NCBI GenBank assembly: GCA_964270895.1 | Contig: OZ185440.1 | DNA from: Podarcis filfolensis | Taxonomy: Eukaryota | Reading direction: 5' to 3' (one strand) | Length of the DNA stretch: 64,000 bases | Shown: positions 49,001 through 61,686 of the stretch, in pieces | Layout of the letters: every line of letters starts with the position of its first letter | Numbering within the stretch: the stretch's first letter is position 1 | The notes under the pieces: generated by a model | The model's database searches: none | Told to the model about the DNA's origin: nothing | What the model saw: the letters and a program-made list of their open reading frames with translations, nothing else | Made by a program: the position numbers and the translations under genes

Positions 49001-52000
49001 AACTCCAGCTGGTTATCTATATATTAAGATGCATAACTTACCCGCTGAGTGAGAATCATCTCTCTTTGTCTTCATATCTTTTTCTGAGTCTTCACTGTGA
49101 AAAGGAAAATTACAACCATGAAGATTATTTTATTATTAGTGCATTCTGAGGTAAAGGAGGAAAGCAGCTAGGTTGTTTCATCTGAACAAAAAGACCTGAC
49201 TGAATTTATTAATTCTATTCAGTTTATTATCTACTCCAGGAATAAAAAGATATCTACTAAAGTACTTTTATACTGCATCATTCTAAATATAGCTTTCAGA
49301 CAACAAGCCATTTTGCTTAATTGCTGAAGCAACTCTTGTGCTTCCCAAGTTGCACGGAGGGAAAATTCTGAAGGAAACAATACAATTTTTAACTATAAAA
49401 TCTGCATAGCAATGGTATTTATCTTTGAAGTTTGCAACAATCCCCTACTACTCTACCAGCTTATAAAAAATCCAAAATCCATTTCAGAGGAAAGGCAAGA
49501 AGTCCAGAATAAAAGAACCACAATTTATTTGAAAAAAGCTGAAGTGCTTTTATTGAAACACACAGTATAGGGCATTATATTTGTCATTTTCTGTGTATAT
49601 GTAAAAAATCCTTTTTCCTAGTCATCCAAACTAAGTTGGAAAAGTGTATAGGTCCTCAAGTTAAAGCCACCTATATAACAAACTTAAGTAGTAGGGATCT
49701 TGCTTACCTATCCTCCTGAGAATTCTTTCCAGACCGCCTCTTATTTTTTGCTTCCCTTGGTGATGAACGAATTTTCTTGGCTGGAGGGGCTGAATCTCTG
49801 CCATATTCTTCATCTATATTGTAAGTGGGATAAAACAGGTGTTGTGGATGATTACAGGTTTGCCAGTTAGCATAATTAAATGGTATAACCATGAAAGATT
49901 AGTACTAAGCACAGCATCCTGCTAAAATGCCATGAAACAACTGAAAATTGGGGGTGCTGAAAACCTAAGTAGTCTTTTAGATTGGATTTGATGATTCTCT
50001 GCAACTATTATGGTTCATTTTAAGTTGGCTGTATTTTAATTAGTTTGGATATGGAATGCAAGTAATGCCTATTAAACAGCAATTTATGAGGTTTTTAAAA
50101 TAAACTCATACTTAAAGGAAATTAACACTCAAGAGAATATTTAAAAGCCCCAGTAAAAAAACATGGCAGTTTTGTTGTACATTTCTTCAAAGGCACTGCC
50201 AGGATGTAGGGTATAAATTTGGAAATGGGAGAGTACACTTGAGTTTCTGGTCAGTCAGATTTAGCATGAAAGCTAAATCTTGCTTTTTAGAAGTCAGATA
50301 AAGGCTCAAAGACATAGCCAACAGGATCATCAAGATTTGTTCAACAGAAAGAAGTATGCACTTATGAAAGGATTAGGAGATGTCCTTTTGAATACAGATC
50401 TCCTTAACTTCTCAATTTCTCTGTCTGGCAGACCACAGCAGACTATCTGGTTTATATCCAAATAGCAGTGAGCAGTTGTCAATTGTTTTTACAACTGCTT
50501 TTATACACAGGTGAACAGTAGCGTCACACAATAAGGATTTCTCAAATTATCAGGGTTTCATGTGAAGAATAATGATGGACGCACCACAGTATTTTGCCCA
50601 CTGCTCCCAATCCACTGCAACTTGAAGCCACAGTGGACCCCTGGATGTGGTGTGCTCTAAGGCACAATCAGTTCATATAAAGTTTCCTGGAGGAGGAACA
50701 ATATACAATACTTAATATTTGGCTGCAATACTGAGAGCTGCCCTAGGAACCTGTTGAGTGATGGTGCATAAAGCATATCAATTAATAAAAAGGAAGGTAG
50801 AAACTGAAATACAGGTTTCACAACAATACTGCACTTATGCCTACTGCCACAGTCTGCCTGTCATGATGAATTTTATTGGGGTATGTTTTTGGTTTTTTTT
50901 AAAAAATAAAGATGGTAAATGGTTAAGGGTTGTATCCAATGCTAGTCCTAGTCAGAGTAAATCCACTGGAGTTAATGGACATGAATAATTTACGTTCATT
51001 AATTTCAATGGGTCTACTGTGAGCAGAATTAGCATTGGATAAGCCAAACTACAATAGTTAAGAGCTCGACAGACACACAAACAGCTGGTTGGCTTTAAAT
51101 GCCTTGGTAAGTTCTTGTTGTTTCTTGATTGGTGAAGATCTTGCACAAGTTATAACTGAATAGCCAACAAAACAAAATTAGAAACAACATAGGATAGCAC
51201 CATATTTTGTTTTCATTAATTACCACCATAGCAGCTTCATTCATCAGACAGTAACAGCATATGTGCTTTCCAAGAAAGGAAGAAAATAATCCTGTAGAGG
51301 TTCCAGAAACATTAATATAATTCACTTGCAGTACTCCAAGAAGGAAGAGAGCCTCAGAGGAATGGAAATTAAAAAGCCACATGCTTAAACAACGTGTTGA
51401 CCAAACTAGCAACTCTCAAATACCTATTCAAGATAGCACATCTGCATCACCCCTTGCTAAAACATTATGCTTACTGTTTGGCTGAATAAAACTACACAGC
51501 TTAGAAGCACCCTTGCTCTTTAAAACATGCAGTGCCCACCACTTTAAGTAGCTGCCAAAGACTGTCAACAGATTTAAACTTACCTGCATCATCTGACTCC
51601 TGAAACTGTGAATAGTCCACCACTTTTCTGTTCCTAGAAGGGCAGAAATACAGAAGTTTAAGCAGACTGAAATGTTATAGCATCTACAATTAATGTTAAT
51701 AACAAAGACTCCTTCACCAACATACTGCTTTCCTAGACTAGATTTCAATCCGTCAAACCGCTTTAAAGAGGCATCCAAATGACACAGATGGGATGCTCTT
51801 TGGTTCCTGAAGGAAGCAAGAAACTTCAGGCAGCAACCGTTGCTACTGATGACTGTATACACCCATTTTTAGAGATGACTGAAGTTATAGGAAATGGCCG
51901 GTGGAAGAGGCTTTGCATGCTGCTAAGTGTGCCCACAATACTTCCAGATTAGACAACATGAGGCCTCAGCTTTCCTCTTCCCCCACATAGCTCCTAAGTT

Positions 52001-55000
52001 GTTGACAGTTCAAACCTTAATCACCTGGCCATAGCCTTAGTTTGGGGGATGGTTGTTCAGGACTGGTAACATAGGAAGCTGCTCAGCCAGCCCCTAACCT
52101 GGACTGCAATGCAAAGGGGAAAGGGAGGGGGAAAGAGAGGGTGTGTGTGTGATTGTGCATGCACACGCACATGCTCACACACAGCATCCATCCAGGGTCT
52201 CCCTCCCCTTTTGAAGGATGGACAGGAAATTGGTTCCACTGTGATCTATTTATATCCTGCTACTCCATGGGCTCAGAATGATTTACAGCAGTTTTTCTAA
52301 ACGCCCAGGGGTTCCCACCTATCTCTTGCTTTCTGGTCTACTGAAGCTTTAAACAATTTCTAGTTTTCTATTCATACAACATAGTTTAAGTAGATTTCTG
52401 GAAAAGGGAAATAGAAAATACATCAATGAGAATTTTGGAATTAAAAAATATTGATAAGAAATAGGCTATGTTGAAAAATTAACTCAAGCTATTGATGTGT
52501 ACTACTTTAAAAGAAAAGTGGCATACAGCTGATACTTCACCATTCTAAAACTAAATGAAAAGAATCTTTGATGTTGGAAATGTGCATCTTCTGATGAAAA
52601 TGTTCCTATCTGCCAGGGATGCTCTAAATGCAGACACACCCAATTTAATTTTATGCAGTCAATTCACAACTTAAGCACATCTATCTTGCACGAATTTAGC
52701 TTTACATGCTTAGCTGATATAACATTGAAATTAAGGCGGGGGGAGCTGGCAACCCTACCCACCATTTCACTCACCTTGGGAGAGCAAGTTTGGACTATAT
52801 GTGATTTTGGCTTTATGTACTATCCCCAGAACATAATCCTAGCATGTTGAGAGTTGACTGTATTACAGTACTTGTTCATATAATTGTAATGGTAATATTT
52901 GATGAATATGAAAACTGGACATGGTAAAGAAAATGAAGTTAAAAATATGTATATTACACCCACTTGCCCCATACTTGATGTCATGTGTAGGGCAGGTAGA
53001 TGCAGTTGGATTGGCTGTGCAACCTAGTTCCCTGTGGAGAACTTGATCACAAAACTAATCCCTGAGAAAAGAAGAGCTGAAGTCACTGACCATCAGCTTC
53101 AGGCATGCTGGAGTTCAAGCCTGCAGGATCAGTTGGGTAACTGAGTTTCCCATGGGAAACTCAAATCACACCGCTAATTTCTGTAGAAAGCTTCTTGTGC
53201 TGCAGTTTCCAAGCAGCTGGCCACCAGTTGGCTGTCAAGCCCTTGGGAAGTGCTGCGCAAAGGGCTTTGACAAGTGGGCGTGACAGCCCACCTACCATTC
53301 ATTTGAGAACATGTTTTTGACAGATGGATTGTCCTACCCACCTGTCAAGTTGGTCCACAGTGAAGGGGACCAATAAGGGTTTGGCCCAACAGGACAAATA
53401 GTTCCCCACTCTTGACCTAGCCTTATTATGCAAGACTTTGGAGTATGTTTTAAGCAGTAGGCACCTGTTGCAGAAAATCATGCAAGCCTTAAAAAATGAA
53501 TTAACTAACTCAAGTGAATTGAGAAGACCTCTACAAAATTACTACTGTACTTCACTTACAATGATGTTGCCAAGCACTCTTTACTCACTTTATGCTTTGT
53601 ATCACTACAATGAAAAAAGCTAATTTGGGAATAAAACTGAGGAGTCAATTCTAGGAAAACAGCAAAATAAGTATCAGAATGACCCAGATAATTTAATGTA
53701 TTTGGTGTGTTCATACCTCACATCAGCTTATTTCTTAAACTTATTAGGCCTGTTCAAACCTAACATCAGCTGTTAAAGTTACTATCTGCATAATTATTAC
53801 TGAGCTAGGAAAGGCATGCTTTCTTCCTCTAAGGCAGGCATGTCGAAAGTCCATTTTGGGGGCCTAATCCAGCTCACCAGTCGGTTTAATCTGGCCCATG
53901 TGGCAGTTGATTTCCTGAGGAAAAATCCTAAAAAACCCCTCAGCAACTTCAATCCTAAAAAAAAGTTTAACAACTTTGGTCGGCCCTTTACTTCATCAAA
54001 TCTGGTCCTCTTGAAAAAAGTTTGGACACCACTGCTCTAAGGGTTTTTAATCTGTATAATGCAGAAGCCAAAGATGTGAATATACAAAATGAATCAAAAT
54101 ATTTTTAAATAAAAAAATAAATTCAATTTTCATAATTAAAAGCCCTACATTTCTTAAATATTTAATAGTTTAGATGTAATCAAGTTACCCACTGCAGTTA
54201 CTCTCTAAGCTGAATCAATGCTACTATCTGATACAATGAGTTGAAAGAAGCTTTTCCAAGCAAATGGAGATTCAATCTGACACTTTCTCAAATATGAGTA
54301 TTTACACTTTGCCTGCCAAATATAGGCGTTTCATTTACACCAAATGAAACTGCTCTAGTCTGCCCAGTAACTTTCTACCTGTTAGTCATTTGCATTTCAT
54401 TTTTGTTTGCTACTTCATTCTTACGACAGTTGAGTTCGACCAAGGCAAAGTGAACTTAAAATGGTTTCAAAGTAGAAATGTTCCTTTGATTTCAAACAGT
54501 GTGGGGCTTACTGTAACTGCTGATCAGCTGATCGGGAACTCAACAGCACAGCTGCCGGGCTCGCTATAAAGCTGACAATCCTTGCTTGTATGCAAAGGAA
54601 CAACCCTTAGTAATCTAGATTGTACATTTCAAGGTGCACCTTTGCCTGCCCCATACTTCATATCACATATATTAGATGCAAGGCAGATGGATATGGTTTT
54701 GGGGAAATGGTCTCAAAAGCCACATTAGGACCCCTTCTGGGCTTAGTTTGGCTTATAGGATGGTGATTCCCTTGCACTGTCATTTGGAGATATTTTAAAG
54801 GCATTCCCTCTATAGGTGAAAGCATGCAAAACGTACAGTGTGACAAAGATGAAATGTCTGGTTGTAAGAATGAATCCGGTGTAACTAATGCATGTTGATC
54901 TTGAATACGGCAAATATCAGAATTATTTTCCCATGCTGCACTATTTCTTACATTAAAAAAACTGAAAAGCATTCTAAAATAGAAATCTTTCGTAAGAGTA

Positions 55001-58000
55001 TATTCTTTTTTTAAAAAACAACTACTTCCACCGCCCGCTGCCTTCACATCTCTATGTGATTTATACTACCTTTATACTATGTGATTGACTACCTTTAGAA
55101 CATCCGGTGGCATCCAGTGGTGTGACTCTGTGGCAGAACAGTGAAGGAGGCAGTATTCAGCTATCTCCCTTCCCCCTGGAGCTCTCTGCAACCCCTCTAA
55201 ATCTACCTCAGATGTAGCATATTTAAGGAATGACATGAGGGGAATTGAGAAATACCTGCTGATGGGATTCCTTCCACCAATGGTGGATCACTATTTGATA
55301 CCACCTATAAACTATATTACATGTTTCTTTGCAAAACTGTACTGCTGGCCTTGATGAAATTTCCTTTAAAAAGCCTATGGCTTCAATCCTGCACACTTGC
55401 CTGGGAGTAAATCCTACTGAACTCAATGAGGTTCACCTTATAGGCTTGCACAATCAACAATACTTACAAATACTGTTAGAATGAAGTGGCATGTACCCCA
55501 AGCTGCACAAGCATATTTAAATTTTCCCAGTACAACTATAGGAAAGATATTAAATAAGAGAGGAACTGAAAAATAATCAACATTGTAACAAATGAAAGCT
55601 GTTATTATTGGAATAAGAAACAATCTTTTCTCACACTCAGCCAAAAACAAAAATACAAAAGCATGTTTACCAGAAAGATCAGGGGGATGTGTACAAACCA
55701 CAAGTGATTGCCCCTCTTTCAAACTGTTTCCAATCCTCTGAAGTAAGAAACAAACTAGTATCTGCTCCAGGCTAACAGGTCACTGTATTAAGGACAGTGA
55801 ATTAAATATGTACTGAACCTTTAGAAGTCTTATCAGTTCCACCACAACAGTAACTGAGGATTAAATTAGCAACTAGAAACCTATGTGTTATTTAACCAGT
55901 GCTATCATACTGAAGTTTCTTTTGCTAATAAAAATCAATTTCTGAAAAAGCAATAGCTTCCAATTATGGACTTAATTTTTATATCCTTGAACTGAATATT
56001 TGCACAAATTAAAACAAGCTTCTCTGCTCATTTACACGTTAGCTCGTTTCTAAGGGTTTGCGTGTATATTCCAAACACAGATCAACTTCTTTCCCATACT
56101 ACAGGGGAATTAATGAGTCTGGAGCAGGCAAGACAATCAAACAGCTACAAATGAATAAAATATACACACTAAAATAGTATCTATATCCTAGAACAGGGTG
56201 GTTCAACATGCAACTCGCATGCGACCCTTGAGGCCTTTTTGGCAGCACTTGCTAAGCACCAAAGAACTGTTGGGAATCCCAACATCTGAGATCTCTCCCC
56301 CACTTCAGTCAACTACCTGCAGCAGCAGCAGCAGCAGGGAATTGTTACGCTCCAGTGTCATTGAAGTCCTGGTCCCCCACTTCCCCAGCCACAGGCATAC
56401 CAGGTGACTAGACAGCGGCCAGATGTTTGGTAGTGGGGGTTGATTGGCTATGGTGTGCCACTGTGTATTACAAACTGCCCCTCTGCTCTTCTTGTACATG
56501 GCTGAGTCCAGAGGGCAGGAGGCTAATGCCCAGTGGCAGGGCTCTCAGGGCAGATATTCTGCCGTGGCCTTGTTGCCTTCCCCTTCGGGACTTGAAACTC
56601 CCAGCCTCCTGCTTCCCCCAACCCAGGACACTGAGCAGGCAGTCCCTGAATCTGCTGCACTGCTGCCAGTAGCTGCCTTCTGCCAATCCAAACCATATTC
56701 CCTTCTCTTTTGGGGGGGGGCTCACAACTCCCAAACCAGGGGTGCTCCTGCCTTGGACAGGTTCTCCTTCTCTGCCTTCCAGCGTTTTGCTTAGAAACAG
56801 GACCCATGGATGCCAGGAGAGTACCTGAGTGCTGCTAGGGTGGGGGGAGTGGGCAATGCTGGGGGTGCTGGAGGACAGGGACACAACTGTGGGCTCATCC
56901 TGAGCTTAGTGCTGTAATACGAGGGAGGGGCAAATCATACTGGGTCCATGTTGCTCAGGAGGCTAGTCCATGCAGCGCTGTGGCAACCAGCTGGCAGGTT
57001 AGGATGAGGCAGCCGTTGAACACCCCACACCTTCTTCTTTGGCTGCATTTATTTACTTGCTTCACAAGAGGCTTCAATCTTTTTTACTAGAAGACTTCTA
57101 AAATAATTATTTTATTATTATTTATATCCCGCCTTTTATCCTGACAGGGACTCAATGTCTCCGTTGTTAACGAAAGCACATACATGTTTGTGTACTAAAT
57201 TTTGTTTAATAAGTAAACATATTAAATCTATTGTGTATTTAAATAACATTAACTATGTTACAAATACTTTAATTTATGATATGGAAATTTAATTCAGTGT
57301 GTGGCCTGCAGGTTTTGTGTCAAAGTACTCTTGCAACCCACTTGAGAGGTTGGACCGCTCTGTTCTAGAAGATCATGGGCAGGATCCTGACTTATTAAAC
57401 AAAATAAATGTTGGCTACATCCACCCATTTTAAACTGACATCACAAATGGCAAACAACTTAATATAAGCATAACAAAAGTCATTAACCTTAGCAAGAATG
57501 CACATATAAGCAAACCACCAAGACTACTTGTGTTTTTGGATGCAGCAAAGGCATTTGACATGGTAGAATGGAAGGATTTTGTAGGAAAACTTTATTTTCA
57601 ACCTAGACTAAAGCTATTTATATATTCCTTACGGTCAGCATGATAGAAAATGAGATTTGCTAAGTAATTCACTTCTTAAAAAATGCACAAAGGGTGCACT
57701 TTATCCTCACTGCTATTTGCACTTGCACACTTGCGATTGAAACACTTTACAATGCAGTTCACTCCATTTGCAAAATAAGTGGCAGTCAGGCATACTAATC
57801 TCAAATCAAAATGTGGTTACATTCTCATGATGTAATGTTATTCATGGAGAAACTTTGTGAGCGCTTGCCTGTATCATTCCAATTAATAACTAAATAAATA
57901 CACTTTATTTTTGTAGCTGAAAATCAACCCACAAAAGTCTGACTCAGGCTTCCAACTCTAACCCCACTTACCCAGGAGTAAGGTTCACTGAATCCAAAGG

Positions 58001-59983
58001 ATTTACATTTGAGTAGACATGGTTAGGACTGTGCTGTTAATCATAATCAGTTCATCGATGTTGGACAATGTCTATACAGCATCAAAGTATAGGCTCTAAT
58101 AATCCTATGAGGTATCTGGGAAGTAATTAATAATATAATAAGCAGGAGTCCACTGGTTTTGACTGGCCTTAGTAGTGAAGCCAGAAGGTATGGACACCTT
58201 TATCTGCCTATTGTGGTGCTCTACAGCTGAGACAGCCCCCTGACACTCTCCTTCAGGAAAAGGGGGCAGAAAGCATGCTGGCCGGACTGCTGCTTTTGCT
58301 GAGGCACATCCTCATGGAAGCAAGACAGTGGCACCAGAGGCCGTGTATCAAGACATGCCTCAAGCAGTGCACTACAGAAGCAAGGCCCTGAAAGAGATGA
58401 GTACTAGACCAGTCACTTGCTGATGTGTGCACTCATTCATCAGTGTGTGTCTATGTCAGAAAGCAAGCAGAAGAGGGCAGCATCAACAGCAGGGTAGCAA
58501 ACTACTTACCTGCAAGCAGATACATTATGTTTTTTAAAGAAACAAAAACATTTCCTATGTCTTGGCCCAAGTATCCACATGTCATGAATTTTAAACCCTT
58601 ATTATATGGTAATATTTGTGAAGTCACCAAATGGCTTGAAAACTGCACTAAGATTTCTAGAGCCTTACTGGTTAATATTAACAATGTGTAAGCTTCTACT
58701 CAGATGTAAGCCCCACTGAGTTCAATGGGACTCGCTCCCAGAAATGTGTGTATAAGATTGCAACCTAACAGCATAACATGTGTCCACTCAGAAGCCTGTC
58801 CCATTCAGTTCAATGGACCTTGCTCCCTAGTAACTACCACATAAGCGTAACTAGACAAAAAACAATGCAGTAATTTTATAAGTATCTATCATATTGGGTT
58901 GAGGGGGACAAGTATCCCACTGATATCCTGCTGCCCAAGGGTCCACAAAACCCTGGAGCCAGCCCTGCTCCTGCATTATTGCATCCCCATGGATAGAATG
59001 GGGCTCCAATCCCCTGTAAACTATCGTGCTCATTGGGCCTGTCACTCACTTTTAATCCAACCAAGCTCACAGGGTTGTTGTGAGAATATAGGGACACAAA
59101 TGCATGCCAAACTCAGCTCCTTGGGGGAAGAATGGGGTATAAATGCCACAGATACTGACATTCAAAGACGCAATTAAACACACAAGTTCTTCTTTTCCAA
59201 GCTTGCTAAAGTCCAAAAGAAGCGCAGCAGGCGTCTAAAAACGGCGTTTCTTGTCTACTTAAATGAAGCCACTGCTGCAAGAAGCATCATTTCCAGCCCC
59301 TCACGAAATGCACTGATTGCAAACACGCCCGCCTCCCCACTAGGGAGCACTCCCTTGGCTCTACGAACCCTGTCCTCTGGCGAGCGAGCTCCCGCCCCCA
59401 CGCCGATGTGCTAGCCATACTGTACAAAAAGACACAGAAAAAAGCACGTCGCCCCTGCAAGTTGCAGCTCGGAACACGGAGGCGCAGCAAAGGGCTGTGC
59501 CGCTCCGCCACCAGATTCCTCCGGAGGAAGCGCGCAAGTGGCTCTCCGAAGCCAGCGGCGCGCGTGAGAGGCATGCCTCCCGTCCACGCTTTCGCGGGCG
59601 ACGTGCACGAAGCAAGCCTCGGGCGCAGCCACCCCTCCTTCCCCCGCAGAGACGTGGACTTTGCTTGCGCTAACCTTCAGGGGCAGCATTGCATCCTGTA
59701 GGGAAGGGACCTGCAGGGCGGCGGCAGCGGCGTGCGATAGCCTCCCGCCCCCCCTCCACCGCCGAGCAGCAGCAGCACGCTGCATGCCTGCACACGCCCC
59801 TCCCCTCTCTCCCGCCATACCCGACTCCAGGCCGCCTCCCCTCCCCTCGCGTGGGACCAGGCCCGGGGCATTCGCTCCTCCGCCGAAGGGCCGTGGGTGG
59901 CCTGCGGGAGCGAGGGCCGCCAGAGCCAGGCCCACAGGCCTCACGCCGCTCGCGAAGGAGACTCACCTGACGGGCCTAGACAT
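42835..59983 (-). CDS. NUCKS1: NUCKS1 (nuclear casein kinase and CDK substrate 1), spliced CDS join(59983-59967,51633-51584,49813-49708,49094-49042,48799-48650,46163-46011,44914-44765,43034-42835), 292 aa
   Basis: Manual splicing gives [60 protein letters not shown]...[18 protein letters not shown]...[29 protein letters not shown]...SGED*, recognisable as NUCKS1. Exon lengths 17+50+106+53+150+153+150+200 = 879 nt; every intron is GT..AG and the frame is continuous. Confidence 0.97.
43218..43734 (+). mobile_element. Solo LTR (517 bp) in the last NUCKS1 intron, antisense to the gene, with an open acidic frame in U3
   Basis: TGTCAGG...GGTCA (TG..CA); TSD atgct/atgcc; AGTAAA at about 43678; stop-free frame 43219-43539. 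Confidence 0.8.
44765..44914 (-). CDS. NUCKS1: NUCKS1 exon 7 ([50 protein letters not shown])
   Basis: ctctctctgcacag|AAGAGTCT...GCTACAG|gtgagc, 150 nt. Confidence 0.96.
46011..46163 (-). CDS. NUCKS1: NUCKS1 exon 6 ([51 protein letters not shown])
   Basis: ataacag|AGGACAGT...CAGGAAA|gtaagt, 153 nt; contained in track ORF 45997..46209. Confidence 0.97.
46440..46511 (+). mobile_element. Extremely 5'-truncated BovB (RTE) insertion, 72 bp
   Basis: CCATGGGGTCACAAAGAGTCGGACACGA..AAACGACTAAACAACAAC; perfect 12-bp TSD AGAAGCAGGGCT (46428-46439 / 46512-46523). Confidence 0.9.
47201..47403 (-). mobile_element. Retroposed 3'-end fragment, probably L1 3' UTR, in NUCKS1 intron 5
   Basis: Perfect 15-bp TSD ACTGATGAATGTTTT (47186-47200 / 47404-47418); T-rich end on the left; G-tract typical of L1 3' UTRs. 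Confidence 0.7.
48650..48799 (-). CDS. NUCKS1: NUCKS1 exon 5, additional relative to the human protein ([50 protein letters not shown])
   Basis: ttttttcctcag|ATGAAGAT...GCTGCAG|gtaaag, 150 nt, phase 1-1, open frame, acidic then Lys-rich like the rest of NUCKS1. Confidence 0.88.
49042..49094 (-). CDS. NUCKS1: NUCKS1 exon 4 ([18 protein letters not shown])
   Basis: ttttcacag|TGAAGAC...TCAGCGG|gtaagt, 53 nt. Confidence 0.94.
49708..49813 (-). CDS. NUCKS1: NUCKS1 exon 3 ([35 protein letters not shown])
   Basis: tatag|ATGAAGAA...GGATAG|gtaagc, 106 nt; contained in track ORF 49704..49892. Confidence 0.97.
51584..51633 (-). CDS. NUCKS1: NUCKS1 exon 2 ([16 protein letters not shown])
   Basis: ttctag|GAACAGAAAAGTGGTGGACTAT...GATGCAG|gtaagt, 50 nt. 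Confidence 0.96.
53835..54034. mobile_element. hAT MITE (200 bp)
   Basis: CAGGCATGTCGAAA...TTTGGACACCACTG; perfect TSD ctctaagg. Confidence 0.85.
56194..57362. mobile_element. Non-autonomous hAT element (1169 bp) in NUCKS1 intron 1
   Basis: CAGGGTGGTTCAAC...GTTGGACCGCTCTG; TSD tcctagaa/ttctagaa; no transposase ORF. Confidence 0.7.
57400..57870 (+). mobile_element. Old L1-clade reverse transcriptase fragment
   Basis: Decayed motifs [16 protein letters not shown] (cf. DAEKAFD.VEW) and [16 protein letters not shown] (cf. QGCPLSPLLF). Confidence 0.7.
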
Positions 59984-60760
59984 CTTGGCGGGTTAAACGG
60001 AGGCCCTGAGGCGGGCACGGGTGCCTAAGGAGACGAAAGAACCGAGCCCGGTCGGCGCCGTTCTCGCTCGCCCTCCCGGGGGCCGTCAGTCCCCGGGTCC
60101 AGCGACTCAGGCCGCCGCCCCGCACCCCAGATCTGGCTCCTGTGCGCCGTCAATCGCCACCACTCGCCTCTCCCCCCTGCAAAATGGTCGCACTTCGTCC
60201 AGTAGAGGGGATGCGCCGAGCTGAGAGGGCGGTGCAACCTATTCGGCTGGCATCTCCGCCCTACGCTTCTCGTTGGCTGCCTCGCAGCGTCGCCGCGCCC
60301 CATTGGCCTGTTCGAACGATCACGGAAGCGCTGCCCCGCCTCCTTCCCTGCGAGCGGGAGGAGTGAAGGCGGTGGAGGGGAGCTCCTTGCTAAAGCTGAT
60401 ATGAGAGCGGACAGGCAACAACAGCCAGAAAAAACCGCCGGGGTTTCACAATGGCAGATTCGGCAGCAGCTTGCTTGGATTCCGACCCTATATTCAACAG
60501 CCCAGTCCCCTTTCGTGCACGAGAAAATTCGCTTTCATTCGTATTTATTTTTCTTATGGGAAACAATAGGCTCCAGGCCAAACAGCAGATTCGATAAGAA
60601 AGGCTGGGCTACGTTTTTGGAGGGAAAGGAGAATCAGATTCAGCCCCTCCCTACGAATTTGTGACACTTATCGCGATACTTTCATAATTAATGGTTATGC
60701 GCCCGCGAGCCTTGGAATTGTCGGAAGGCCGGGACGAGACGATGTGCTCCCCTTTCTCCC
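59280..60760 (-). promoter_or_regulatory. CpG-island promoter / exon 1 / proximal intron 1 of NUCKS1
   Basis: High GC and CpG density around the ATG at 59983; CCAAT on the minus strand at 60302-60306; ETS-like CGGAAG near 60323; YY1-like AAAATGG at about 60181. Confidence 0.9.
59967..59983 (-). CDS. NUCKS1: NUCKS1 exon 1 coding part (MSRPV-R)
   Basis: Minus strand reads ccgccaagATGTCTAGGCCCGTCAG|gtgagt, within the CpG island. Confidence 0.95.
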
Positions 60761-60971
60761 TCTTCTTCCCTTGTACTACTCTTCACTGCTGTTAGAGACG
60801 GTGCTTTGTGCATCCCTCGCTGCATTACACCCTTCTCCCCTGGCTGATCATCTCTGTTGGCCAGAAATATAGGTGAAATTGAATAATTACAAGCAAAATG
60901 GAATCAGGTCTCAGCCCTAGAATGTGCAGAGTGCATACTCCTCAACATTGCCCATCTTCAAACCTCTAGAA

Positions 60972-61218
60972 CAGGGGTAGGCAACCTAAGGTCTGGGGGC
61001 CAGATGCGGCCCAATCGCTTTCTCAATCTGGCCCGCGGATGGTCCGGGAACCAGCATGTTTTTACATTAGAATGTGTGCTTTTATTTAAAATGCATCTCT
61101 GGGTTATTTGTGGGGCATAGGAATTCGTTCATTATTTTTTTCAAAATATAGTCCGGCCCACCACATGGTCTGAGGGATGGTGGACTGGCCCCCTGCTGAA
61201 AAAGTTTGCTGACCCCTG
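60972..61218. mobile_element. hAT MITE (247 bp)
   Basis: CAGGGGTAGGCAAC...GTTTGCTGACCCCTG; perfect TSD ctctagaa. Confidence 0.92.
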
Positions 61219-61314
61219 CTCTAGAATGAAGCAGAACTTCTTGATAATAAAAAGTAGCAACTCCCACTGAGCACAACAGGGCTTGCACCCAACTCAGAAG
61301 TGCTTAAGATTGCT

Positions 61315-61606
61315 TTGTTGTTTAGTCGTTTAGTCGTGTCTGACTCTTTGTGACCCCATGGAGCAGAGCACGCCAGCCCTCCTGTCTTCCACTGCCTCTC
61401 GCAGTTTGGTCAAACTCATGCTGGTAGCTTCGAGAACACTGTCCAACCATCTCGTCCTCTGTTGTCCCCTTCTCCTTGTGCCCTCCATCTTTCCCAGCAT
61501 CAGGGTCTTTTCCAGGGAGTCTTCTCTTCTCATGAGGTGGCCAAAGTATTGGAGCCTCAGCTTCAGGATCTGTCCTTCCAGTGAGCACTCAGGGCTGATT
61601 GCCTTC
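61315..61606 (-). mobile_element. BovB (RTE) LINE 3' fragment
   Basis: Track ORF 61330..61629 reads ISPECSLEGQILKLRLQYFGHLMRREDSLEKTLMLGKMEGTRRRGQQRTRWLD..., the BovB RT C-terminus; (CAA)n tail. Confidence 0.92.
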
Positions 61607-61645
61607 ATTGGAAACAGCAGTGCTGTCAAATTCGGGTGGCATCTA

Positions 61646-61686
<41 letters not shown>

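Noticed and set aside
58504-58684. Strong minus-strand donor CAG|GTAAGT in NUCKS1 intron 1 as a poison exon
   Set aside because: No convincing upstream acceptor or polypyrimidine tract.
43035-59966. Intronic C/D or H/ACA snoRNAs in NUCKS1
   Set aside because: TGATGA-like hits (e.g. about 51246 and 45432) lack a proper RTGATGA box with a paired CTGA and terminal stem.
59287-60664. Many overlapping ORFs of 60-177 aa around the NUCKS1 promoter
   Set aside because: Same CpG-island artefact; only the 17-nt NUCKS1 coding start is supported.
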